This document shows, in pieces, positions 54,825 to 62,617 of a stretch of DNA of 64,000 bases. Position 1 is the stretch's first letter. Each line of letters opens with the position of its first letter. Both the position numbers and the translations under genes were made by a program. Below the pieces are notes generated by a model. The model saw nothing but the letters and a program-made list of their open reading frames with translations, searched no databases and had not been told where the DNA came from. Source of the DNA: Nitrososphaerota archaeon (lineage in GTDB: Archaea; Thermoproteota; Nitrososphaeria; Nitrososphaerales; Gagatemarchaeaceae); the NCBI GenBank assembly GCA_029785375.1, contig JAFLZV010000001.1, positions 12,320 to 76,319 of the forward strand, written 5' to 3'.

Positions 54825-55847
54825 GTGTCTTCTCTGACTCGAATCGCTGTCGTGGGCACCGGGGTGGCAGGGGCGTATCTGCTCAACCGCCTTCCGGCCG
54901 ACGTGGAGGCAGAGGCTTTCGAGATGCGGACGGAGAAGAACTGGTACACGGTGTGCGCCTGGGGGACTAGTCAGCCCTTCATCTCTGACCTGGTGAAACA
55001 GGCAGGGTTCAACTTCGACGACTACATCCTCCACAGGGGAAAGAAGATGCGCGTCGACCTCGGAGACGAGGAGGTCACCATACCCCTCAGAGGACTGGTC
55101 ACCTACGATAAGCACAGGCTGACGGAGGACATGCTGAAGGGAAAGAAGGTGCACTGGGGGGCGCACGTCAAGGAGGCCAACGGGGACTTCCGGGGCTTCG
55201 ACCACGTAGTGGACGCCACAGGTCTGCACAGGTCTCTCCTCCCGAAGGTCCAGGACGACCTGCTGATCCCTGCGCTCGAGTACCAGGTGAAGTCCAAGGA
55301 CCTCCCCTACGACGACTTCGTGATCAAGCCTTATCCAGGCCTCGCGGGCTATTGGTGGTACTTCCCCCTGGGGGACGGCATGGCCCATGTTGGGGGCGGC
55401 GACCTTCACCATAGGTATCAGGGCGACCTCGACGAGTTCGTGAAGAAGTACCACTGCGAGGTCGTCAGGAAGATAGGGAGGCCTGTGAGAGTGACGCCTC
55501 CCAAGTACATGGAGCCCTTCTTCGACGGAAAGGTCACAGGGGTGGGCGAATCCATCGGCACGGTCTACCCGATGCTGGGAGAAGGGATAATCCCCAGCAT
55601 GCAGTGCGTCAATCTGTTCGTGGACCACCTGGGCGACAGGGAAGGGTACAGGAAGGCGGTCCTGGACCACTACTCCGAGTACGCCAAGGTCTACAGGTTC
55701 ATCAAGGCCAAAGTGGAGGACAAGTTCAGCCTGATGAAGATGTGGCCCTCGCTCCTGTCTGTCTACATGTACATGAGGGGGAACGAGAGGCGCTTCGGCC
55801 TTCAGACCAGGTTCAACGACTTCTTCAAAGTCATCACGAGGCTCTAG
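54825..55847 (+). CDS. NAD(P)/FAD-binding oxidoreductase (GGR-like), function unknown
   Basis: IAVVGTGVAGAYLLNRL Rossmann motif. The antisense ORF 54780..55943 is judged an artefact. Confidence 0.6.
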   Translation: MSSLTRIAVVGTGVAGAYLLNRLPADVEAEAFEMRTEKNWYTVCAWGTSQPFISDLVKQAGFNFDDYILHRGKKMRVDLGDEEVTIPLRGLVTYDKHRLTEDMLKGKKVHWGAHVKEANGDFRGFDHVVDATGLHRSLLPKVQDDLLIPALEYQVKSKDLPYDDFVIKPYPGLAGYWWYFPLGDGMAHVGGGDLHHRYQGDLDEFVKKYHCEVVRKIGRPVRVTPPKYMEPFFDGKVTGVGESIGTVYPMLGEGIIPSMQCVNLFVDHLGDREGYRKAVLDHYSEYAKVYRFIKAKVEDKFSLMKMWPSLLSVYMYMRGNERRFGLQTRFNDFFKVITRL

Positions 55848-56300
55848 TTGAGCGCCGAAGAACTCAAGACTCATTCCGCAGTCCACGTCCTCAAAGGGGC
55901 CGTACAGGGGGTGCTGGGCGCGAAGTGGACGGCCTCGGTGCACGTTTCAGGGAGTCACGGGAGGCTGACCGTCAAGTTCGACAGGGAGCCAACTGCCGAG
56001 GAACTGTCCAAGATAGAGCGGCTGACAAACGAGAAGGTCTCGGAAGGGGTCGAGTTGCTGGAGTTTGAGATGGAGCGACAGGAGGCCGAGGGGCACTTCG
56101 GGGACGCCATCTACGACCTGTTCCCGGTCCCGCCCGAAGTGACGCTGCTGAAGATCGTTAGGATTCCCGACTGGAGCATCAACTGCTGCAACGAGCCCCA
56201 CGTCGACAACACCATCCAAGTAGGGGAGATCAGGCTCGGGAAGCCCCGTTTCAGGCACTCCAAAGGGGAACTCGAACTGGAGTTCGACCTCGTGGAGTGA
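55848..56300 (+). CDS. alaX: AlaX-S type Ala-tRNA editing domain protein
   Basis: 150 aa. HSAVH (HxxxH) and CCNEPH (CxxxH) zinc motifs of the tRNA_SAD editing domain. TTG start. Confidence 0.8.
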   Translation: MSAEELKTHSAVHVLKGAVQGVLGAKWTASVHVSGSHGRLTVKFDREPTAEELSKIERLTNEKVSEGVELLEFEMERQEAEGHFGDAIYDLFPVPPEVTLLKIVRIPDWSINCCNEPHVDNTIQVGEIRLGKPRFRHSKGELELEFDLVE

Positions 56301-56341
56301 ACAGGAACAGGTAATATCCTGGTTCTTTTCGGGCCATGGCT

Positions 56342-56448
56342 GGGCCCGTAGCGCAGATCCATGCTTGAGCGAAATACGGATAGCGCGGCAGCCTCCTACA
56401 CGTCGTGGAGCGAGCTGTAGGTCGTGCGTTCAAATCGCACCGGGCCCG
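56342..56448 (+). tRNA. tRNA-Arg (anticodon CCU), with a 14-nt intron at 37/38 and a probable second insert in the D-loop
   Basis: Acceptor GGGCCCG/CGGGCCC. D stem GCGC/GCGC. Anticodon stem GCAGC/GCTGT. Loop CT-CCT-A plus intron 56399-56412 (BHB: CUCC/GGAG helix, bulges UA|C and CG|A). T arm GTGCG-TTCAAAT-CGCAC. The D region is about 19 nt too long. No encoded CCA. Confidence 0.75.
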
Positions 56449-56830
56449 TGAATTCAACGGTTTCTATCCGCATTCGGCCGAGCATGAGAAGCAGCCGACG
56501 ACGCGTAAACGGCGTCAGCGTGTTCTACGGGGTGACGGGTGGAAGGGACGCTGCCCTAGTGACGGTAGCCACCTGTGCTGTTCTCCAAGCCTGGAAGCCC
56601 GGTGGCCAGAGTCGAAGGGTTACTGGAAGCCTGAAGGAGCCCAAGGAGGGGTAGAACAGCCTCTCCTCTTTGAGGCGCGGACAGGCCGCCGTGTGCTCGG
56701 CCGCGGGCGCACCTGTGACTAGACCGTTCCGGACCAGGGTCCCTGGTCTCGCGGAGCAGCTTTCAAGGCTCTTTCCTGGCTGTTCAACACCACAGGATTA
56801 AGTCGGCGCTCTAGGATCCCCCTTCTAAGA

Positions 56831-57631
56831 ATGAACAAAGCCGTAGCCATTTCAGCAGTGGTGTTGCTGGCAACCCTCGGGTTTTCAGCGTACGCCTACA
56901 CCGTCTACCTCCCAAGCATCTCCAACAGCTCCCAAGCTGGGCCCGGCTCCAGCTCGCTGAGCATCTACCTGTCAGACCCACCGCCTAGCAGCCCCAACCT
57001 CAGCTATCTCCTCGTCAATGTGACGAGCGTCACCATCAAGTACTCCTCCAACGTCACGGCAGTCACCACCTCGGGGTCAACTTCGAGCGCCGTCAGCTTG
57101 AGCACGACTACGAATACCACTAGCAGCACCAGCAGTAGCACGAGCACCAGCTCTCTTACTTCACACTCCCTGAGCACGTCTTCTTCCACCAGCTCTTCCA
57201 CCATCCGGTCCGGGTTCGTGAACCGGTACGTCTACAACGTATCAGCTAGCGTGGGGGATAACGTAAACCTCACCAAGCTCCAGGGCAGCTCCCTCCTCTT
57301 GGGGACCACTAGCATCCCCTCCGGGAACGTGACAGGCGTCGTCCTCCACATCACCGGAGCCAAGGCCTTCTGGGCCGATGGGACGTCCACTCAGCTCAGA
57401 GTGGTGGCGGATGGGAAGCTGATGATCAACGTGCACTTCACCGTCCAGTCAAGCGGCTCCACAGACCTCACCCTGAGCATCTCGCCGGGAGACATACACG
57501 TCAGTCCCGGTCAAGCTTCTGTACTCAGTCCTGTAGTCCACGTGACCGCGGTCAGCACTGGATCGAGAGGAACGCAGACGGCTGAAGCCACAGTCACCGA
57601 ATCCGAGAACTCGACCTCGAGCACAACCTAG
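56831..57631 (+). CDS. Secreted or membrane-anchored Ser/Thr-rich protein with many N-glycosylation sequons (DUF4382-like C-terminal domain?)
   Basis: N-terminal hydrophobic signal/anchor AISAVVLLATLGFSAYA, a poly-S/T tract, and repeated NxS/T sequons (NSS, NLS, NVT, NTT, NVS, NLT, NST). Confidence 0.6.
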   Translation: MNKAVAISAVVLLATLGFSAYAYTVYLPSISNSSQAGPGSSSLSIYLSDPPPSSPNLSYLLVNVTSVTIKYSSNVTAVTTSGSTSSAVSLSTTTNTTSSTSSSTSTSSLTSHSLSTSSSTSSSTIRSGFVNRYVYNVSASVGDNVNLTKLQGSSLLLGTTSIPSGNVTGVVLHITGAKAFWADGTSTQLRVVADGKLMINVHFTVQSSGSTDLTLSISPGDIHVSPGQASVLSPVVHVTAVSTGSRGTQTAEATVTESENSTSSTT

Positions 57632-57690
57632 GCGTCGGGGGCCGCTCGGCCCTCGACCTCCCATGTTTTTTCGCTGCCTGAACCTAGTCC

Positions 57691-59199
57691 CTAGAACCCT
57701 GAGGGGATGCCGTCTCCGCGCACGTCGCATACGGCCTTCCTGTATCCTCCCGACACCTCGACCGCCTGACAGACGCCGGTCCGTCCAGGCAGCGGGAGCC
57801 GCTCGATTTCGTAGTCACCTTTCGGAGGTAGCGCATAGCCTTCCTCCACCAGCAGTTTCTTACCTCCGCCCCAGAGGAACCTGGGGTGTGCGACGTTCTC
57901 TTCCGCTGGCATGGAATAGTCCACAGAGTTCGTCACGAAGAGCGCGTGCTGAAGGGGACGATAGTCCGCTCCGCTAGCCCCTATGGCGAGGTAGGGTCGG
58001 CCCTGACGCTCCAGGATGAGCGAAGAGAGGGTGTGCAGAGGCCGCTTGCGAGGCTCGACCTTGTTCGGGCCGTCTGCGCGGAAGGCAGACGCCCTGTTGC
58101 TCAGGGCTATGCCGCACTCCTCTACGAACACGCGCGACCCGAAGTGATGGAACAGGCTTTGGATCCCCGACACCATGTTTCCCTCGGCGTCCGCGATGGA
58201 GAAAGCGGTGGTGTCCCCTTTCCTGACCACCGCTGGCCCCGTGGGCCCACCCTTCTTGGTCGACATGAAGGCCTCCATGTCGATGGGGCCGAAGCGCGGG
58301 TCTCCGAGCATCTCGTCCCTGCGGCCGTAGGCGACGAGGACCGCCTTCATCGTCTTCTCGATCCGGTCCCGAGAAAGAGGCCCTGTTGCTGAGAGGTCGG
58401 TTTCTGCCAGCTGTTTCAGGATCAGCAGGCTTGTCGCGCCCATGCTGTTGGGTGGGACCTCATAGACCGTGGTTCCCCTGTAGTCGAGGGTCAGCGGCTC
58501 GACCCACTCCGGTTTGAACTCCGAGAAGTCGCTCTTGGTGCACGGGACCCCGAGGGACTCGAGGGTAGACGCGATCTTCTCCGCAGGCCACCCAGAATAG
58601 AACGCGTCCGGCCCCCCCTCGGCTACTTCTGATATCACCCTGCCCAGGGCTTCCTGCCTGATGCGCTCCCCCGGGGTGGGAAGCGTTCCGCTGGGAGCGA
58701 AGACCTTCTTGGCGTCGTCTGAGAAGTCAGAGTACGCCCCGGCGATGGATCTGCACATGGCGGCGCCGGCAGGGAAACCGTCGGAAGCGAGCCTGGCGGC
58801 TGGGCCCAGGAGCCCTTTGAACTCTAGGACGCCGAACTTCCTGTGCATCTCCCACACCCCGGCCGTGAGCCCCGGCACGACGCAGGTCAAGGGTCCATAC
58901 AGGGGGAGCCTGCCGCCGGCCCGTTCTCTGACCAGGTCAAGCGTGAGTCCCGACGGCGCCCAACCGCTGGCGTTGAGGCAGTGTGTCCGGCCCGTCTTCG
59001 CTTCGTAGAACATGCCGAAGAAGTCGCCGCCCATCCCTCCGGCGGGGTGGAAGGTCACGGCGAGGGCGAAGCTTGTCGCAGCTGCGGCGTCGAACGCGTT
59101 CCCTCCTCTCCGGAGGACGTCGTAGCCGACCATCGAAGCGAGAGGCTGCTCGCTAGCCACCGCAGCGTGCTCGCCAATCAGAGTCCTGCTCAGTGCCAT
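57691..59199 (-). CDS. ggt: Gamma-glutamyltranspeptidase family protein
   Basis: 502 aa. ASMVGYDVLRRGGNAFDAAAAT, GGDFF, autoprocessing site GDTTAFSIAD. Confidence 0.9.
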   Translation of the reverse strand: MALSRTLIGEHAAVASEQPLASMVGYDVLRRGGNAFDAAAATSFALAVTFHPAGGMGGDFFGMFYEAKTGRTHCLNASGWAPSGLTLDLVRERAGGRLPLYGPLTCVVPGLTAGVWEMHRKFGVLEFKGLLGPAARLASDGFPAGAAMCRSIAGAYSDFSDDAKKVFAPSGTLPTPGERIRQEALGRVISEVAEGGPDAFYSGWPAEKIASTLESLGVPCTKSDFSEFKPEWVEPLTLDYRGTTVYEVPPNSMGATSLLILKQLAETDLSATGPLSRDRIEKTMKAVLVAYGRRDEMLGDPRFGPIDMEAFMSTKKGGPTGPAVVRKGDTTAFSIADAEGNMVSGIQSLFHHFGSRVFVEECGIALSNRASAFRADGPNKVEPRKRPLHTLSSLILERQGRPYLAIGASGADYRPLQHALFVTNSVDYSMPAEENVAHPRFLWGGGKKLLVEEGYALPPKGDYEIERLPLPGRTGVCQAVEVSGGYRKAVCDVRGDGIPSGF

Positions 59200-59311
59200 T
59201 CAGCTCCCTTCTCTTCCAGAGAAACGACCCAGAGACAGTCCAACGCTTGGGAGCGTTCGAGAACCTATTTATACAACAAACCAGGTGTATACAACCATTG
59301 GTCGATAACCA

Positions 59312-59980
59312 GTGAGCCAGGCTGAGCTCGACGCCGTGTTGGGGACCGTGGAGAACCCGATTCGGAGGATGATAATTTCCAGGATTAGCGAGGAGCCCAA
59401 CTATCAGCTTCAGCTGTCGAAGGAGTTGAAGATCAGCCAGCAACTCGTAGCGAAGCACCTAATGACCATGGAGAGGGCAGGGCTGGTGAGCACAGTCTCC
59501 CAGGACAGCCCCCGGGGCCCCCAGAGGAAGGAGTACATGCTGAAGAGCAGCTTCTCGGTCACCGTGGACCTGGCTCCCAACCTCTTCAGGACGAGGATCT
59601 TCTCCTTCGGTGCTTTGCCCGGGGTCGCGGAGACGGATGAGCACGCCCAGATGATGACCCAGATCAGCGGGGTGCTCAGATACCCCGACGGCGCGTCGCG
59701 CATACACCCGCTCACCCATGTGGTCGCCGAGGTCGACAGGAAGCTGAAGGCGATGGAAGAAGAGAGGGCGGTCCTCCTTTATATCAGGAGCCTTGCTCTG
59801 AGAGAAGCCGCGCGCATAGGGACGTCACTCCCCATGGCCGACCGCAAGAGGGTCGTCAGGTATCTCATGAGGGAGGAGGGTGACGGCGTAGAAGCCATCT
59901 GCTCCTCGTTGGGCCTGGAGAAGCAGGTAGTCTGCGACATTCTGGAAGAGATAGAGAAAGAAATCAGGAGCTTGGATTAA
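59312..59980 (+). CDS. ArsR-like winged-helix protein with a C-terminal extension
   Basis: ENPIRRMIISRISEEPNYQLQLSKELKISQQLVAKHLMTMERAGLV. Confidence 0.6.
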   Translation: MSQAELDAVLGTVENPIRRMIISRISEEPNYQLQLSKELKISQQLVAKHLMTMERAGLVSTVSQDSPRGPQRKEYMLKSSFSVTVDLAPNLFRTRIFSFGALPGVAETDEHAQMMTQISGVLRYPDGASRIHPLTHVVAEVDRKLKAMEEERAVLLYIRSLALREAARIGTSLPMADRKRVVRYLMREEGDGVEAICSSLGLEKQVVCDILEEIEKEIRSLD

Positions 59981-59988
59981 AAAAGGAA

Positions 59989-60007
59989 AGAGGAGCGGAG
60001 CTCCTCT
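59989..60007. terminator. Hairpin between convergent genes (AGAGGAGC-GGA-GCTCCTCT)
   Basis: Perfect 8-bp stem read directly, preceded by an A-run (a T-run on the minus strand). Archaeal terminators are usually T-tracts, so the role is uncertain. Confidence 0.3.
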
Positions 60008-60182
60008 ACATTCCCAGGTTTGGAAAGCTCGCCTGAGGGACGCCTAGCTGGCCCTGGAGGGTCTTTATGCGCGTGGCATACTCCCTCATCCGGGCGTTGT
60101 CGCCCTGGACCTTAGCTATGCGGTAGCCCTTCCACGCCTTGCGGAGGGCGCCCCAGACTTGCCCTTTTTGATATTCGGCCAT
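60006..60182 (-). CDS. Small basic protein (58 aa), below the ORF-track cutoff
   Basis: Hand translation: MAEYQKGQVWGALRKAWKGYRIAKVQGDNARMREYATRIKTLQGQLGVPQASFPNLGM. Host-like codon usage. Confidence 0.35.
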   Translation of the reverse strand: MAEYQKGQVWGALRKAWKGYRIAKVQGDNARMREYATRIKTLQGQLGVPQASFPNLGM

Positions 60183-60282
60183 TTTGTCTGACCTGCTTCG
60201 TTCAGGCCCAATTCGGTATTTTGCGGGGGGAGTCTATGTTATTTGAGCCAGTAATCAACGGCGGCTACCGCTGAAGCGGACC

Positions 60283-61149
60283 CTAGACAACCGAACGGAG
60301 GAGGAGCCAGACGTTGCTCGGGTGCTCGGTTATCCTCCGCTTCGAGTACGCCCACCATCGGTCCCCGTAGGGGAGATACTCCGAGACAGCGTACCCCGAC
60401 TTGACCAGGTCGGCCTTCAGCTCGTCTCTGATCCCTTTGAGGAACTCGAACCTGAACTTCGCGTGGCTTGACTCCGCGAGCGCCTTCGCGCGCTCTACGA
60501 GCGCTCCGTCGTGGGTGGCGATGGCGAACCCATCCCCCCTCTCGAAGAGGGACGTCATCAGGCGCTCGTAGCTCTTGTTGACCTCGGCTTTCGTGGGGAA
60601 GGCGAAGTCCGGGCCCTCTCTGTAGGCGCCTTTGACGAGCCTCACCTTCCCCCCCTGGTCCAGAATCGCCTTCATGTCCGCCTCGCTCCGCCTGGCGTAG
60701 GCTTGGATCGCCACGCCGAGGCCAGGGTGGCTGCTGTGGGCGTCGAGGTAGGTGGACACCGTCCTTTCTGTGGACGAGGAGCTCTCCATGTCGATCCAGA
60801 GTAGCTGCGTGAGCTTTTCAGCGCTCGCCAGGATCTTGTCGAACCTCCGCCGCATCGCCTGCTCGTCCGAGTCCATGCCCAGTTGGGTGAGCTTCACCGA
60901 TGCGAACCCCCTGACAGCGCCGTCGGCGAGAGCCTGCTGGAGTCGGAGGTACTCATCCACCTGGGCGTCTGCGGCACCCTGGTCGGTGATCTCCTCTCCG
61001 AGGAAGTTCATGACGACCCCCATCCCCCTCGAGTTCGTCCCCTTCGCGTCCTCTAGGGCAGCGTTCAGGTCCACACCTGAAATCCATCTCTTCGCCACCG
61101 GCAGGACGACCTTTTCTTTGATGCCCAAGGCATCGCCGCGCCGGAGCAA
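60283..61149 (-). CDS. putA: Proline dehydrogenase
   Basis: 288 aa. VKLTQLG, LWIDMESS, VAIQAYARRSE, VRLVKGAY, EFLKGIRD, YLPYG match the Pro_dh TIM-barrel family. Confidence 0.85.
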   Translation of the reverse strand: MLRRGDALGIKEKVVLPVAKRWISGVDLNAALEDAKGTNSRGMGVVMNFLGEEITDQGAADAQVDEYLRLQQALADGAVRGFASVKLTQLGMDSDEQAMRRRFDKILASAEKLTQLLWIDMESSSSTERTVSTYLDAHSSHPGLGVAIQAYARRSEADMKAILDQGGKVRLVKGAYREGPDFAFPTKAEVNKSYERLMTSLFERGDGFAIATHDGALVERAKALAESSHAKFRFEFLKGIRDELKADLVKSGYAVSEYLPYGDRWWAYSKRRITEHPSNVWLLLRSVV

Positions 61150-61187
61150 CTACATATTAACAGTGCATACGAGAATCAACTGTTAGA

Positions 61188-62288
61188 ATGTCTCGCGAGG
61201 CGCTCCATGCGACGAGGCTGAAGCGGCTGAGGGCCGGGCTCGCCAGCTCGGGGCTGAAGGGCGTGGTCGTCGTGCCTGGTCCGAACCTGCGCTACCTTAC
61301 AGGCGGGACGTCGCTGATGCTGGAGCGCCCGTTCATGCTGCTCGTCCCCCTTGCGGGCGAGCCTCAGCTGATTGCCCCTGCCCTGGAGTCGGGGCCCTAC
61401 GTGAGTGCGCCATTCTCTCTCGGAGTCCACGCGTGGACCGACTCAGAGGGGCCTGGGGGGGCGATAAGGGACGCGACGAAGCGAGCAGGGGCTGAGGGAC
61501 AGTGGGGCGTCGAAGGTAGGGCGCCGTTCCAGTATACGGACAAGCTGGCGAAGGGGGGCCACTTGAAGCTCGTCAGCGCAGAACCGATCCTCCAAAAGCT
61601 GAGGGAGTCGAAGGACAACACCGAAGTCGGACTGCTGAAGAAGTCGGCGCGGGCTCTGAGCCGGGCCTTCAGCGGCTTCCCCGGGCTCATCAAGGAGGGA
61701 GCCACCGAGCTCGAATTAGCCAGGGCCATGACAGACGCGATATACGCCCAGGGGGCCGAGAAGGTCGACGACATGCTCGTCCAGGCGGGTCAGATGGCGG
61801 CCGACCCGCACCACCTCCCGTCAACCAGGAGGGTGAACCGGGGCGAGAGCATAGTGGTGGACGTCGGGTCGACCTACGGCGGCTACTACGCCGACGTCAC
61901 CAGGACTTTCTGCGTCGGCCGGTCCCCCGCCGTCGAAAGGGTGTACTCCAAGGTCCTCGAGGCCCAGGAAGCAGCGGTGGCTGCGTCCAAGGCAGGGACG
62001 GAAGTGGGGGAGGTGGATGCCGCTGCCAGGGGGATGCTCGAGAGCGCGGGGATGGGGAGGTACTTCTTCCACCGGACGGGCCATGGCCTGGGGCTGGAAA
62101 TCCATGAAGCGCCCTACATAGTGGACGGCGGGAAAGAGCGCCTGGGCCCAGGCATGTGCTTCACCGTAGAGCCTGGTGCGTACATCCGAGGGAAGCTCGG
62201 GGTCAGGATAGAGGACGACCTCCTGATAGAAGGCGGGAGGGGGGTGCAAATCACCGACGTTCCCAAGGAATTCGGCTGGTGGAGCTAG
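61188..62288 (+). CDS. pepQ: Xaa-Pro peptidase (M24B family)
   Basis: VVDVGSTYGGYYADVTRTF, HRTGHGLGLEIHEAPY, FTVEPG, IEDD metal-ligand motifs. Confidence 0.9.
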   Translation: MSREALHATRLKRLRAGLASSGLKGVVVVPGPNLRYLTGGTSLMLERPFMLLVPLAGEPQLIAPALESGPYVSAPFSLGVHAWTDSEGPGGAIRDATKRAGAEGQWGVEGRAPFQYTDKLAKGGHLKLVSAEPILQKLRESKDNTEVGLLKKSARALSRAFSGFPGLIKEGATELELARAMTDAIYAQGAEKVDDMLVQAGQMAADPHHLPSTRRVNRGESIVVDVGSTYGGYYADVTRTFCVGRSPAVERVYSKVLEAQEAAVAASKAGTEVGEVDAAARGMLESAGMGRYFFHRTGHGLGLEIHEAPYIVDGGKERLGPGMCFTVEPGAYIRGKLGVRIEDDLLIEGGRGVQITDVPKEFGWWS

Positions 62289-62581
62289 CCCTGCTTGATC
62301 CGAGAGAACTGTGACACCATTGTGTTGGTATCCTCCACGTACTTTACCTTCTGGACCTTGTTCATGACCAGCCGGTACACCTTCTCGTCGCTGGGGACGA
62401 GAACCTCCTTCTGGGCGTTGAGCACCACCATGACATCCCAGTCGCCAGGGATTATGTGCGCCTCTACTACCTCGGGGACCTTCATGAGGTTGTCTATGAC
62501 TTCCTCTTCATGGCCCGGGGAGACCTTGAGTAAGATGAACGCCTTCTGAAAGACTGGCAAACGATTCATCTGGTCAGCCAT
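62285..62581 (-). CDS. Stand-alone Lrp/AsnC ligand-binding (RAM) domain protein
   Basis: Internal ATG 62581. KAFILLKVSPGHEEEVIDNLMKVPEVVEAHIIPGDWDVMVVL. The rest of the 219-aa ORF is antisense to polX. Confidence 0.55.
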   Translation of the reverse strand: MADQMNRLPVFQKAFILLKVSPGHEEEVIDNLMKVPEVVEAHIIPGDWDVMVVLNAQKEVLVPSDEKVYRLVMNKVQKVKYVEDTNTMVSQFSRIKQG

Positions 62582-62617
62582 ACTGCTTTTAAAACGAATC
62601 GCCGTCAAATCACCGTA

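Noticed and set aside
54780-55943. 387-aa minus-strand ORF. Similar long antisense ORFs occur at 63080..63973, 6673..7701, 26150..27088, 14266..15108, 38367..39401, 2030..2755 and 21299..22411.
   Set aside because: Each is antisense to, or frame-shifted against, a gene with clear family motifs. They are Arg/Pro/Gly-rich with no motifs, which is typical of stop-poor alternative frames in G+C-rich DNA.
56355-56382. Strict BHB motif for the D-loop insert of tRNA-Arg
   Set aside because: I tested every junction from position 55 to 62. The only 4-bp helix plus 3-nt bulge solutions (AGCG/UGCU removing 56356-56367, or AUCC/GGAU) leave an abnormal D arm. Boundaries are therefore left undefined rather than asserted.
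56488-56496. GAAGCAGCC as the SRP RNA helix-8 signature, which would fix the ncRNA identity
   Set aside because: The surrounding hairpin has only one Watson-Crick pair closing the GAGA loop. It also lies near the 5' end of the predicted fold rather than at the distal tip. That is insufficient to call SRP RNA.
57090-57210. Repetitive AGC/ACC-rich DNA that might be mistaken for a tandem repeat or CRISPR-like array
   Set aside because: It is in frame within the 56831..57631 gene and encodes a Ser/Thr-rich linker. It has no spacer-repeat periodicity. No CRISPR array was seen anywhere in the window.
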